The position numbers were made by a program, and so were the translations under genes. The notes beneath the pieces were generated by a model that saw only the letters and a program-made list of their open reading frames with translations, did no database searches and was not told the origin of the DNA. This document shows positions 37,897 through 62,953 of a stretch of 64,000 nt of DNA, in pieces; the first letter of the stretch is position 1, and each line of letters begins with the position of its first letter. Location of the stretch: assembly GCA_020137815.1 (NCBI GenBank), contig CM035354.1:3410001-3474000 (forward strand). The letters are read 5' to 3'. This stretch comes from Hormiphora californensis (Eukaryota > Animalia > Ctenophora).

Positions 37897-38953
37897 TTAA
37901 GCGGATGCGGCAGCCTTTGCCCTCAGAGCATTGATCTTCTTCTTGGCCTGGAAATAAGCAGCTGATTTTTCTTTCCTCTTGGTCTCCAATTTCTCGACCA
38001 CATCACCGTACTTCCAGCCGACTTCTCGGGAGATCCTGCCGATGCTGGCGTATTTCCTGCCGGGCTTCAGTCGGAGAACTCGGAGAGCACCGGGTACGAC
38101 CATCCTCTTGGTCTTGTCATAAGGAGGGGGGACTCCCTCGAACACCTTCAGTCTGAGAGGAAGCAGGGAGTTAGTGTTTGGTGAAATTGACCCCCAGAAA
38201 AAAGTTACAATATATGAGGACCACCTCCAGATCTCAAGTGCCATTTTCACTTAGTTCGAAATAATACCACACTTGTTGCTCTGATTAAGTCACGGTTTTG
38301 AAAGCAGTACCTGTTGAGAGCCTCCATTCCTCGGGTGGTCTTGTGAGGGATCATGCCCCTGATTGTCCTCCAGAGGATCTTGCTGGGTGCTCGGAAATGG
38401 AAGGGTCCGTGAGCGGGGTTGGTGTTCATCCTCTTTCGGAGGAAGGCAAAGTACTTCAGCTTGTTCCTGTAGAATGATCCAGAGACGTTCAGGAGCTCAC
38501 ATCTGATGTATGGAGGGAGGGTGTTAGTGGAAGTCGGGAGGGGGTGGAGAGAAATTAGGAAACCAAAAAGTGAAATTAGAATTAGGAAACAGAGAAAGTG
38601 GAATTAAGAAACAGAGAAATCGGAATTGGGAAACAGGGAAGGTGGAAATAGGAATCAGAGAAAGTGGAATTAGGAGACAGAACCGAACAGAAAGTAGAAT
38701 TGGGAGACAGAAAGGTGGAATTAGGAATCAGAGAAAGTGGAGTTAGGAATTTCCTAATAGGAAACAGAGAAAGTGGAATTAGGAAACAGAATAAGTGGAA
38801 CTAAGGAAACAGAAATTGGAATTAAGAAGCAGAAAACGGGGAATTAGGAAAAACAGAAATTGAATTAGGAAACAGAGAAAGTAGAGTTAGGAAACAGAAA
38901 ACTGAGAAGGTGGAATTAGGAAATAGAGAAGCAAATGAGAGCGAGAGAAAGAG

Positions 38954-39003
<50 letters not shown>

Positions 39004-39128
39004 TGACGGAACTGTTACCTGACAACGACAACCCTCTGTCCCTCAAGGAGCTGCTTAGCAATGGTACTGGCAAGACGCCCAATAAGATGACCCCGACCAT
39101 CTACCACGACAACTTTCTCGAAGCCCAT
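37897..39128 (-). CDS. RPL13A: 60S ribosomal protein L13a (uL13)
   Basis: Exons 39128-39019, 38502-38311, 38152-37897: [78 protein letters not shown]. Confidence 0.97.
38555..38930. repeat. Degenerate ~21-bp minisatellite in RPL13A intron 1
   Basis: GGAATTAGGAAACAGAGAAAGT-like unit repeated more than 15 times. Confidence 0.9.
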
Positions 39129-39336
39129 GGCTATATAATAGAGGGGAGGATGGTTAGAAAGAAAAGGAAGGGTGGTTAGAAGGGAAGATATAGGATCAAG
39201 AAGTGGGAAAGGGGGTAATTGTCGGTAACCTAAAAGTTAAATGCATGGGTAGATTATTATTCTTTAAAGGAGGGGCAAGAGATCAAAGCTGAAAGAAAAG
39301 ATCATTTTCATAAATAAAAAGAACATCATGTTAAAA

Positions 39337-40310
39337 TTATTCTGCTCCAAGTCGAGCCCTGGCCCTGGCCTCCTTCTTCTTGCTCCTCTTCTTAGGGGCA
39401 TCTTCCTCCTCCTTAGCAACAATGCTCTCTGTCTCAGTGAGGATCATCTCGACGTGACAGGGACTGCACATGAAGGGGTTGATTCGACCGTGAGCCCTGT
39501 ATGTTCGTCGTCGCATTTGGGGAGCTCGGTTCACCTGGATATGATCGATCACCAGACTGTCTACCTCGAGTCCCTGGGGTAGAGGAGGTTAGTGGGTGAT
39601 AGGGGGGTTAGTGGGTGATAGGGGGAGTGCAAGTGAAGCGTAAAACTGACAGGGTGTAATTTTAGGGTATGGGAAGAATCAATATGTTGGTTGAATGAGA
39701 GAAATATAATCGAAGATGGAGAAGATAATCGTGATGAAAATGGGTGCTGTTACATATTACAGATCCTGTTACATGATTAGTGAACAACTTAGTTGTTACA
39801 ACTATGAATCTGGTAAATCTCACCTTAACTTCAGCGTTGGATTCAGCGTTCTTCAGAAGTCCGAGGAAAACTCCGGCACTCTTCTTGGGCCAGGCACCGA
39901 GAGAACCACTGGTGTTGAAAGCTTTAGCCTGGGCGTGTCGGCCGACTCCACCCATGAACCTCCTCATGGGGATGATCTGCTTCTGGACCACGACATCCTT
40001 CAGGTACTTGGTGGCCTTCCTCAAGTGCATTCCCTTGATGGCTTGGGCAACCTCCCTTGAGGTCTTGAAATGGGTCCTCAGGTGGAATCCTCGGGCTTTC
40101 ACCGCTGTAAACAAAGGGATGGGTTAGATGGGTGTTGACCGCTGTAAACAAAGGGTTGGGTTAGATGAGTGAAGGAGATATTTGGGTTGGGGTGGGTAGA
40201 ATGGGTAGAGGTACTAAAAGGTACCAAACTGAGTCAAAGTCAAATAGATAGAATGGTATGTGTAACTTACATTTAGCAGGATTCTCAGCATCCTTAGCGT
40301 ACCGAACCAT
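39337..40310 (-). CDS. RPL17: 60S ribosomal protein L17 (uL22)
   Basis: Exons 40310-40271, 40104-39824, 39573-39337: [71 protein letters not shown]. Confidence 0.97.
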
Positions 40311-40420
40311 CCCTAGATAGAGGCAGAGAGGGGTTTGAAACAGTCGTTAAACGAGTGGGTATTAGACAAATAAGTAACTGTACACATGGATTTCTCGTTA
40401 AATAAAAAGATCAGAACAAT

Positions 40421-40780
40421 CTAAGAATCGGCAATGGTAACTTCAACTTCCACACCGGGTTCAATTGAAATGCTGGTAATCTGTTTCACGGTCTCACTGG
40501 GCGACTTCAGGTCAATGACTCGCTTGTGGATTTTCATCTCGAACCTGTCCCAGGTTTTTGATCCCTCTCCGCAGGGAGTTTTCCTTGTGGTGATCTTCAG
40601 GTTCTTGTTGGGTAGCCTGACGGGTCCAGTGACGTGGAGTTCCTTCTGTTTGGCTCCCATGATCAGATCAGTGCAGACCTTCTCGAGGCTCTTCAGGTTT
40701 CGGCTGGTCAGAGTGATCCTGATCCGATGGCTGGTTACCTCATCCACGGGCACGCCCTTCTCGGGCTTGTAAGCTGCCAT
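40421..40780 (-). CDS. RPS20: 40S ribosomal protein S20 (uS10)
   Basis: Single coding exon MAAYKPEKG...[11 protein letters not shown]...[29 protein letters not shown]...[13 protein letters not shown]. Likely non-coding first exon ~41413-41490 with a GTAAG donor at ~41412. Confidence 0.97.
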   Translation of the reverse strand: MAAYKPEKGVPVDEVTSHRIRITLTSRNLKSLEKVCTDLIMGAKQKELHVTGPVRLPNKNLKITTRKTPCGEGSKTWDRFEMKIHKRVIDLKSPSETVKQITSISIEPGVEVEVTIADS

Positions 40781-41218
40781 GCTACAATGAAAATATTTGA
40801 TTATGAATGTTAAAAAAGTCAAAGTGGTAGGCCTTTCCCTATCACTGGGTAAGCCTGCGGTGCTTATCTCCGATTCATAGCCCTAAGCCACTCGTAACAA
40901 TGTACTTAACTTAAGGGCCAGCCCTACGTGTGTGACTTTCGAGCCGAAGCTGTACCAATTTATAGCTCGGTCAACTAGACGGCTCGCGTTATGAATAGAA
41001 TATGGCATATCATGTTGCCTTGCATTATTAACAGATTTTATGCTGGGTAAGAACTAAGAACGGGTTATGCAATACGAGGCAAGTCATGCCCTAGACTGCA
41101 AGATTAAGAAATTTCAAATCACGAACTTTGTGAAAGTCTGGGGCTGGGGATCAATTGTCATGGCACGGACAGGAAACTGGATTACATTTCGGCCCATCTG
41201 CATCGTCTAGATTTTAGA

Positions 41219-41273
41219 TCAGACAACAATCAGTGCCCCTCTCCGATCAGTAGCAGGACTCGCTTGTCATCAG
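41219..41273 (-). ncRNA. Candidate box C/D snoRNA in the RPS20 5' intron
   Basis: Minus strand: C box TGATGA (41272-41267), D' CTGA (41250-41247), D CTGA (41222-41219). Short, with a weak terminal stem and degenerate C'. Confidence 0.45.
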
Positions 41274-41479
41274 ATAGAAGAACTAACTTGTTGCGACTAT
41301 TAAACTTTTTGATCTGTTGATAAGTTTCGACGAGGAGTTCAGTGAATAAAAAACACCAGACAACCAGCAATTATTCAATTCAATTCTTTGAATACATGAT
41401 TACAAGGCTTACAAGCTTCCTTCACAGCGCCCAGTTACTGTCTGATGGTTGACGGAACGAGCAGAACGGCCGACGGGAG

Positions 41480-41860
41480 GACAGGACGCGAAAACTTTGT
41501 CAGCAAAAAAGAAAATCTGGACTGAAGTTGAGTTGGACTGAGCTCAGCTGAATTAACCGCGCGCGCCATAGCAGCGTTTTTTGAAAAACATTCGCGCCGG
41601 CGCATATGTTGCCACTTCTCATTCGGATCGCGTTCGCAAGTAAAAAAGTTTTCGAATCTCAGGAACAAAATTTTTCTGTTTCTTTTTTTGCTCCTTTTTT
41701 TCCCTGAGAACGGGCTTTCTTCCTCTTATTGCGGCCTCAGAGGGTTGCAGACCTCTCCAGAACTTATTTATAAGTAAATCCCACTGTCTTGTACCGTCTG
41801 TAAATGGCGAGATCATCTAAAAATGGGAAAATGACTTAGTTAACTCACTCAATTTATTCA
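41480..41860. promoter_or_regulatory. Putative bidirectional promoter between RPS20 and RPA43
   Basis: CpG-rich island with CGCGCG / TTCGCGC (E2F-like) words between divergent genes. A similar island lies at 61210-61290 upstream of CHMP3. Confidence 0.55.
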
Positions 41861-41873
41861 TAGGCTTCCAGAG

Positions 41874-43204
41874 ATGCTCGTTTCTACGAATCAACCAATC
41901 AAGAAAGAAAAGAGGAAAGCGACTGCTTCCTTAGCAGATGTTATTAAAAAGAAGAAACCGAGAAAATCTGATACTACTCCTTCAAATGTTGAAATAAAGA
42001 CAGAGCCTGGCGTTGAAAAACCGAAGAAGAAAAAACGAAAGAAGAGTGTTGTTGCCCCGCTTACCACAGTAAAAACCGAACCGGAGGAAACAAAAGAAAT
42101 CATTTCCACTCCTGAGCCTTCGCTCCCATCAAAGCCTACAACAAAGAGGAAAAAGAAAAGCATAATAGCGAGACCACCAAGTCCCTCGCCACCAGTGATC
42201 GCCAGCCCACCACCACCCCCTGTCCCTAGTCTTCCTCCTCCCAGTCCTGTTGTTCCTAGTCTTCCCCCTCCCAGTCCTATTATATCCAGTCTTCCACCTC
42301 CCAGTCCTGTTGTTCCAAGTCTTCCGCCTCCTAGCCCGGCCCCAAGCAGCATCAAAGAGGAGCCAGTGTCACCGGTTAAAATCAAAACTGAGCCTCCAGA
42401 TCTAGGGACGATTTTCAACTCTAACATTAAACAGGTGCAACAGATAGCTTACACCGTGTAACTAATCGAATAACACAGTCGAACAATTCTTGAATGTAAT
42501 ATTGAGTGTCTCTAACACCTTCTAACCCCTCTCAGGAGCTTGTAGAAGTGAAAGATGCTGTTGACGTTGAGGTCTGTAAGAAATTGTCCTTCCTTGACAG
42601 TGACCCGTGTATCCACACCTACAATACAAATCTACACTGCGCTATACCACCAGCCTACGTTAACAATATTAGGTAAGTTTACTAGTGAATACCTTCTTAA
42701 AGTCTAAACCGAGTAAATTGGTAATGATTAATGGTTTTAATTCAGTTGAAAGATAATAACTCTTATCTTACTGGTTTCTAGGTTGTTACCCGTTCATCTC
42801 TGTTAACTAACAATACACTCCTTTCCCTCAGAAATGGCATTAAAGCCCAGTTGAAAACCCTCCACCTAAAATATCTGGAGACAGAGCGGGGCGTTCTTCT
42901 ACGTTACACCAATATCAAACTCTCACACCAAACAGCCCGGATAGTCTCCGTAGCACCTGAGCTTCATTTCGACTTGGAATGTAGAGTAACAATGTTCCGG
43001 CCTGTCGTTGGGTCTGTTTTCACGGGGCGAGTTATCAAAATGGGTCCCGGGTACGTGAGTTGTTTAGTTTACGGGTATTTCTCTGCGGTGGTGTATAAGA
43101 GGAGTACAGATCCGGTTGAGATAGGGAGTGAGATACAGTTTAGGCTACAGTTTGTACAGGTCACAGTGCACAATGACTATATTTTCAAGGGATCGCCTGT
43201 TTGA
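41874..43204 (+). CDS. POLR1F: RNA polymerase I subunit RPA43-like, with a long Lys/Pro-rich N-terminal extension
   Basis: Exons 41874-42434, 42536-42672, 42832-43204. LHCAIPPAYV...LKY...GVLLRY...LHFDLECRVTMFRPVVGSVFTGRVIKMGPGYVSCLVYGYFSAVV fits the Rpb7-like SHS2+OB fold of RPA43. Confidence 0.8.
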
Positions 43205-43744
43205 GTGAGGCAGTGTTTTTAGAGGGTAATTTATTATCAGTTTTTGATTTTTAGTCGTTTTCTGGTCTTTTATTGAACTTGAGATCTTGTGAGTTTTCAT
43301 TTCATTCCCCATGACCCCCTACATTATTGATAACATCTGTTAATTAACCAATCAAACCATTAATTAACCCATTAGACCAGTAACTAACCCATCTTGCTGA
43401 CTATAATATCGAATTTAGGGAAGACTGTACTCTGATAGGGAGAGCACGCCAGACCTCATACATCCTACTCCCCAGCATGTAAGGAGTTGGGGCGGGGGAA
43501 GATTTATTATAACTCATAGTTGAAGATGGCGGCCGGCGGGGTTTGCTTATTTTTAGGAAGGGGGTATGTTCCGTTGTAATGCACGGTTGGAGTTGGGGGA
43601 ACCGGGCCAGGGGAGGGTGCTCTTAGCTTTATTGGGGGTGAAGTGTGTTCCGTTGCATAATGCATGGTTGGAGATTATTCGAGTCAGGTCATCACAGTTT
43701 GTCCATTTCCTAAACAATGCATGAAGTTGGCACCTCTATTTCAG

Positions 43745-53764
<10,020 letters not shown>

Positions 53765-54384
53765 TGACTATCCCCCTCCCTAATCCCTCTCTCTTTATCG
53801 AGTTTTATAACCACACGGCGGAGCGGTGTTGAAAACGAGTGCGTGTTCGAAAAGTGTGTTTTTCTTTCATTTTGAAAGATTAGGTCTGTGTGTTTTAACA
53901 TCAATGGACTGCTATTTTTCAAGTTATATATAATTATATATAATGTGGAGTATGTTATATTTGGAATGGTATTGACAAACAATGAAACCAAATGACTTTT
54001 CTGTGATTTTCTGGGACCGGTGAAATTTAGGGGCGGTTAGCTTACACATTCACAGACGATGATCTTGGCAGTGGGGTACGGGAGATTAAAATTAATAGGT
54101 CCCAGGAAATGAGTACATTTGGGAAAATGAGTACATTGAAAAGAGGATACTCATCCAATGGCAATGGCATGCTTGAAAGAAATGAGAAATCAGTCGATGT
54201 GCGGACCGGCAGTCTCTCATCTTCAATCTCACGACTGGAAGTTGTCTCCTCACAAACACGCGCACCCACACTGCTTACACTTGTTGCTTTCATTTTAATA
54301 AACACACCGCGCGGAACCAATACCTAATTCGGTGACTTTAAATAATGCAAGACTCGGATCTGCAGTTGAGGAACAAGAATTTCA

Positions 54385-55218
54385 TCATTTGCACACAACA
54401 ACTTCCATGGGTTTAAAATCGGCCCAATCGAAACATCCAATAGCACCCGTGGAAACATTTAAAATCAGTAAAAAATTAGGTTTAAATTGGGTGAGGTGCT
54501 CGCGAAGGTAAGATAAAAGAAAGGTGGGAATATCGCTACTAAAAAGATAGTTTGTCACTGCGATACCCTCACAGGATTGTTTATTGTCATTTGATTGCCT
54601 AAACACATTATCAACCAAATTGCATTCTCCCATCACCCCACTGCTTGAGTATTGTCCGTTTGAGTTGGGGTTTACTGCGTGTACTACAAAGTGCAAACTC
54701 TCTAAAGTTGGGTAGCGGTTGTAGAGTTGAGAGAGGAGAGATTCTGTCACTTTGATTGGCTCTGCTTTAGTTGGTACAATATCAGGTACAGGCGGTGTTT
54801 CACAGATAGCAGAATCGGGAGAGGCAGGAGTTTCAGTTTTCTTCAAAATCCTTCTCTTTCTCTGAACAATGTTTGGGCTGACTTGTTCAGTCTCTTGGGC
54901 ACTACTGATCTGACTGCTATCTTCAGAGTTTCTTGGCCCAGTACTCGGCCGAGTGGCCCCTGCTGCAGAGTCATGGCGCCCAGTACTCGGCCGACTGGCC
55001 CCTACTGCAGAGTCGTGGCGCCCAGTACTCGGCCGAGTGGCCCCTGCTGCAGAGCCATGGCGCCCAGTACGCGGCCGACTGGCCCCTACTGCAGTGTCGT
55101 GGCGCCTGGGCCCACTCCCTGGTCGCCTGCCCGGTTTGAGAAGAGAGACGATAGGAGCTGAACTTGTTGTCTGTGTAGGGTAAAGGAATGTAGAGATGAA
55201 CACGTCTTTATCGAGCAT
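54385..55218 (-). CDS. 277-aa ORF of unknown function with a 14-aa tandem repeat
   Basis: Open 834 nt with an acceptor 8 nt upstream of the ATG; about 4 copies of a 42-bp unit (RHDSAVGASRPSTG) at ~54935-55105. It could instead be the last exon of the BTB-like unit upstream. Confidence 0.6.
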   Translation of the reverse strand: MLDKDVFISTFLYPTQTTSSAPIVSLLKPGRRPGSGPRRHDTAVGASRPRTGRHGSAAGATRPSTGRHDSAVGASRPSTGRHDSAAGATRPSTGPRNSEDSSQISSAQETEQVSPNIVQRKRRILKKTETPASPDSAICETPPVPDIVPTKAEPIKVTESLLSQLYNRYPTLESLHFVVHAVNPNSNGQYSSSGVMGECNLVDNVFRQSNDNKQSCEGIAVTNYLFSSDIPTFLLSYLREHLTQFKPNFLLILNVSTGAIGCFDWADFKPMEVVVCK

Positions 55219-55281
55219 TTTGTGTCCTAATATGGGGAGAAGTGGTTATTATACTGCATACATACTCAATTTAAAAAGATA

Positions 55282-55722
55282 CTACATAATTACAAAATCA
55301 TACAGTAAAAAGACTTGTTGCTCAAACCAATTATAGCAGCATTTACTGGCCCACTCAATTTCCAAATGGAGGGATAATTTTAGAATGTCTCGGAAGTACT
55401 CTTGAGTTATTTGGGGTCTCCGTTCCTCCAAGTTGATTGCCTCAATCAGAGATCAAGCAGCCAGGTCATGGTACTCTGAAAGATCATAGCCGGCATTTTC
55501 AACTCCCTTTGCAAAACGGTAGAAAACCCGACTATCACGAGCTAAATCAACCGTGTCGACTAGCATTTCATCTCCGGAGTTCAGGTACAGTGTAAAAAAG
55601 GGAACTGTTTCAAACTCCAATTCAAGGGGATCTTCAGAGGGAGGTAGTGAATCATCTCTCGAGGAGGAACCTTGTTCTTCTGCTGGAGGGTCCCTTTCCC
55701 TCCTCGATTCATGTCATCCCAT
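55282..55722 (-). pseudogene. BTB/POZ-like reading frame with two in-frame TGA codons
   Basis: MG*HESRR...FTLYLNSGDEMLVDTVDLARDSRVFYRF...YDLSEYHDLAA*SLIEAINLEERRPQITQEYFRDILKLSLHLEIEWASKCCYNWF. The pattern is BTB-like. TGA at 55716-55714 and 55455-55453. Confidence 0.55.
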
Positions 55723-56005
55723 ACAGTTTTACTTCCTAACTATATAGGGAGAAGTGGTTATTGTATTGGAAAGCCGTGGAAAGGGATATACAACAGACAA
55801 ATAGTGAATCAATTAGACATATAAATCTGTACAAATATATAACACATATTTTACAGGGGTTTATATAACACACATTTATGTACATTTTGTCACATGCAGC
55901 TGATCTGGATTAGTTCTCTGATTTCTAGCTCTCTCTATCGTTTCTATCTCACTCCCTAGTCCCTCTCTATCGTTTCTATCTCGCTCCCTAGTCCCTCTCT
56001 AAGAT

Positions 56006-59791
<3,786 letters not shown>

Positions 59792-60214
59792 CTAGTGGAG
59801 ATAATGGTGTATAGGTTAGCAGTGCAGGTGTACTTATATCTGTTAGAGAGGAACTGTGGTGTTGTGTTGGGTTTAGAATGTTGAGGATTATTAAGTGGGA
59901 TGGTGCAATAGGAAATGATTCATGTTTGATCTAACAAAATAAGATCTTCTAATATAAAGAATTGATTCACATCACCATTTACACTGTCAAAAACTAAATA
60001 TATCAGAGAGAATCGATCGCGGTGAAATTCCATAATAAACTTTCCAGATTTTGTCTCTTGTATCTCGATTAGAAATAACCAATCACCGTTATTTATCTCA
60101 CTCAGAAACAACCAATTCGAGATTATCGCCCGACAACCAATTTCATTAAAACTATTCCCTTCAGGGAAGGGCCCTTCAGTCTTTAACTTTCTACAAAATC
60201 GTATAACCCTAGTT

Positions 60215-61114
60215 CTAACTACGAAGAGCTGCAAGTCTAGATTGAAGATCATCCTCCTCTTCTGACGACACATTAGCGGGTCCAGCTATCTCTTCCTCAG
60301 CTTCTCCAGCTATCGGTGTTGAGATTGCGGTATCAGTTCCTAGTTGTCCCTTCGTTACCTCAAACAGAATCTTCTCAACTTCCTCATCGGCAGCCTCGTC
60401 CAGTTCCTGAGAGGGAAACGGGGTGTTATTGGGGGGAGTGGGTGATATTGGGGGGCTCAAAGATAGGAAAGGGGGTAGTATTGGGTGCTCAAAGATCCTG
60501 TCTGTCTGGAGGCAGCAGCCAACTCACCTCATCACTATCCATTCCCATTGTATCCTCCATCATCTCTTCCATAATTCCAGCTTTCGTCATCTCCTTCTGA
60601 AGTTCCATCATTGTCTGGGATATTTCACTGACCTAGGGGTGGTGAAATGTTTGTATTAGAATTCATAATTTAACACTGATAATGGTGAAATTTTAATTGG
60701 GCTAAGTTTTGAAGGGGAATTGGAAGCATTTAGATGCAAAATTCAACTTTTTTATACCTTTGTGAGTTTATTCATAAGTTTCATCACATCGGTCGATGCC
60801 TTCATCCCACCGCTCATTTTCACCATGGCAGCCTGGGAATCCATTTGCATACACACGGAGTTGATCTGGGCCTTACTGGCATGGAGTTTACTGACTGCTC
60901 GTCTGGATCCGATCATTTCCTTAGCCAAGATTTTACACACATCCTTATTTCCTGCCTTGGCTGCTTCCTGGAGCGATTTCTTGACCTTCAATTCCTCTCG
61001 TTTGATGTGATTTATGTTTCTGTCTATTGCTCTCTGCTCATGACGAAGTTTTCGCTTCATTTCCCTGACCTGCTCCTTCGGATCCTTCTGCTTCGTTTGC
61101 CCAAACAGCCCCAT
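60215..61114 (-). CDS. CHMP3: ESCRT-III subunit CHMP3/Vps24
   Basis: Exons 61114-60758, 60631-60527, 60407-60215: MGLFGQTKQKDPKEQVRE, ILAKEMIGSRRAVSKLHASKAQINSV, STDVMKLM, KEMTKAGIMEEMMED, MIM1-like DLQSRLAALRS*. Confidence 0.95.
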
Positions 61115-62027
61115 GATGATGAGCACCGGTTAAAAAATCAAAATCAAAAGTGGAGGAACAAAATTTTGGGAACTCTTCAAAAAATTATCTAACAAATTTC
61201 AGTGGATTTTCACGCGCGTGTTTTTCTGTGGTATTTTTATCGCGCGGCGCGTTACTTATTTGCGCGTTACAAAAAAATTACAAATTTGCGCTGACAAGCT
61301 CTTCTGATCCATTTACAATCCTTTCTGACCAGAACTCAGAAGCAAATAAAAGTCACGTGATGCTATTAATCAATCCGATAACGATTCTTATTCAAACTCA
61401 CCCGTTTAATGAGAATCCGAATGATATATGATGAGTATGATCTAACTCAGATTCTAACTGTCTGGCGGCGCCAGACCCCAATTTGATTCTCAAATCTGAG
61501 ACAGTGCGCTCAGATGGGTCGCGGCGCCAGACAGGATTCTAAGTAGAACTAGTAGTCAGATCTTCATATCTTGATCACTATAGATCAGAAGGAGCGAGAG
61601 AGAAATACAGGATGCAAGAAAGCTGGTGTCCCTCCCGTATTCTCATCAAATTCTACTAATGAATTTGAGGTCTGGGAACTCTGTCTCCAGCTCAGAGAAT
61701 GGAACCCCATCACATGTGGTCTCTACAGCAGCACATGACGACACGACCTCTCTCCATGCTTATAACCATTTTCACTAGCAATCTTACTAATTAGCCGCAC
61801 AGCGTGGCAATTTACCACAGACTCTTAGGAACGGGGAAAACTCACAGCTCTCTCTTTCTTTCCTGTATACGTCATTCAAAGTCAGACTGAGCGATCATGC
61901 TTGCTGAAGGATCTGAACCAAGCCGTTTTGCTGTTAGAGCTGCAGCTGTGCAGTGGTTCCAGTAGATGGTTTTAGTAAAAACTATCTGGAACCACCTGCA
62001 ACTTGTATTGTCCATGAATGGCCATTT

Positions 62028-62417
62028 AGGGTCACCACACACCAAAGTTAAAATTAAAATTAAAATTTGACGTTTTTGGTCATAACTCTGCCATTTCTTG
62101 GCAAAATTGCCTCATTTTGGGCTTGTTGGAAAGAGGGCATCGAGCCCGTTCTGAACAGCTCAAGAAACTTGAAATCTGCGCAAAGTGCGCGGCGTTACAG
62201 TGCAAAATGTGTGCGTTAAAATTTTAAAATTTTAACGCACGCATTATGCGCCTTAACGCCGCGCACTCTGCACTGATTTTAAGTTTCTAGAGCTGTTCAG
62301 AACGGGCTCGATGCCCTCTTTCAAATGAGCCCAAAAAGAAGCAATTTTGCCAAGAAATGGCAGAGTTATGACCGAAAACGTCAAATTTTAATTTTAACTT
62401 TGGTGTGTGGTGACCCT
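62028..62417. mobile_element. Whole-element palindromic MITE (Kolobok-like AGG...CCT ends)
   Basis: About 195-bp imperfect arms: AGGGTCACCACACACCAAAGTTAAAATT pairs with AATTTTAACTTTGGTGTGTGGTGACCCT, with almost no spacer. Confidence 0.88.
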
Positions 62418-62953
62418 TACTGTTTTTGGTCACACGAATTTTCAAAAGCTTTATCTAAGATAACTGAAATAATAAATAGTTACTCAATTTACAATTACAA
62501 AAAGGGGCCAGCAAATTCATAGGTACTTCATACGACCATACGTCGCGTGAGCTTGTTCATGCTGAGACCAATATATCACTTCAGTCACTTAATATCTCAT
62601 GTCACACTTTAGAGTCAGTCAATTGTGTACTGAAGTTGACCCAATCTTCAAAAATAATCTGCTCAAAAACTCTACGCTCGAAAACAAATTTGCGAGAAAA
62701 TGTTTTTGGTACTAAAAAATGGTTTGGAGGTTTCTCATAAAATACGTGGTCAACCCTCACCTAAAACAAATACACACTGACACATCATGATCATCTGATA
62801 ACTATTTATTCTCATTCGGTTTGGTACTTTTATGTTCGAAGATTCCTCACAAAAAACACAGTGGTATAATATCTCACATACAGGAACCCGTGAAAAAAGC
62901 AACAATATATTTCTCGCTACTATAACAATACAATCACACTCTTCTGTCTAACT

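Noticed and set aside
38555-38930. CRISPR-like array
   Set aside because: A degenerate head-to-tail minisatellite with no unique spacers, in a eukaryotic intron.
40860-41140. RNase MRP/RNase P or U17 RNA (GAAAGTC and ATATTCTA words)
   Set aside because: P4 partner spacing is far too short and the U17 m2 motif AAACCAT is absent.
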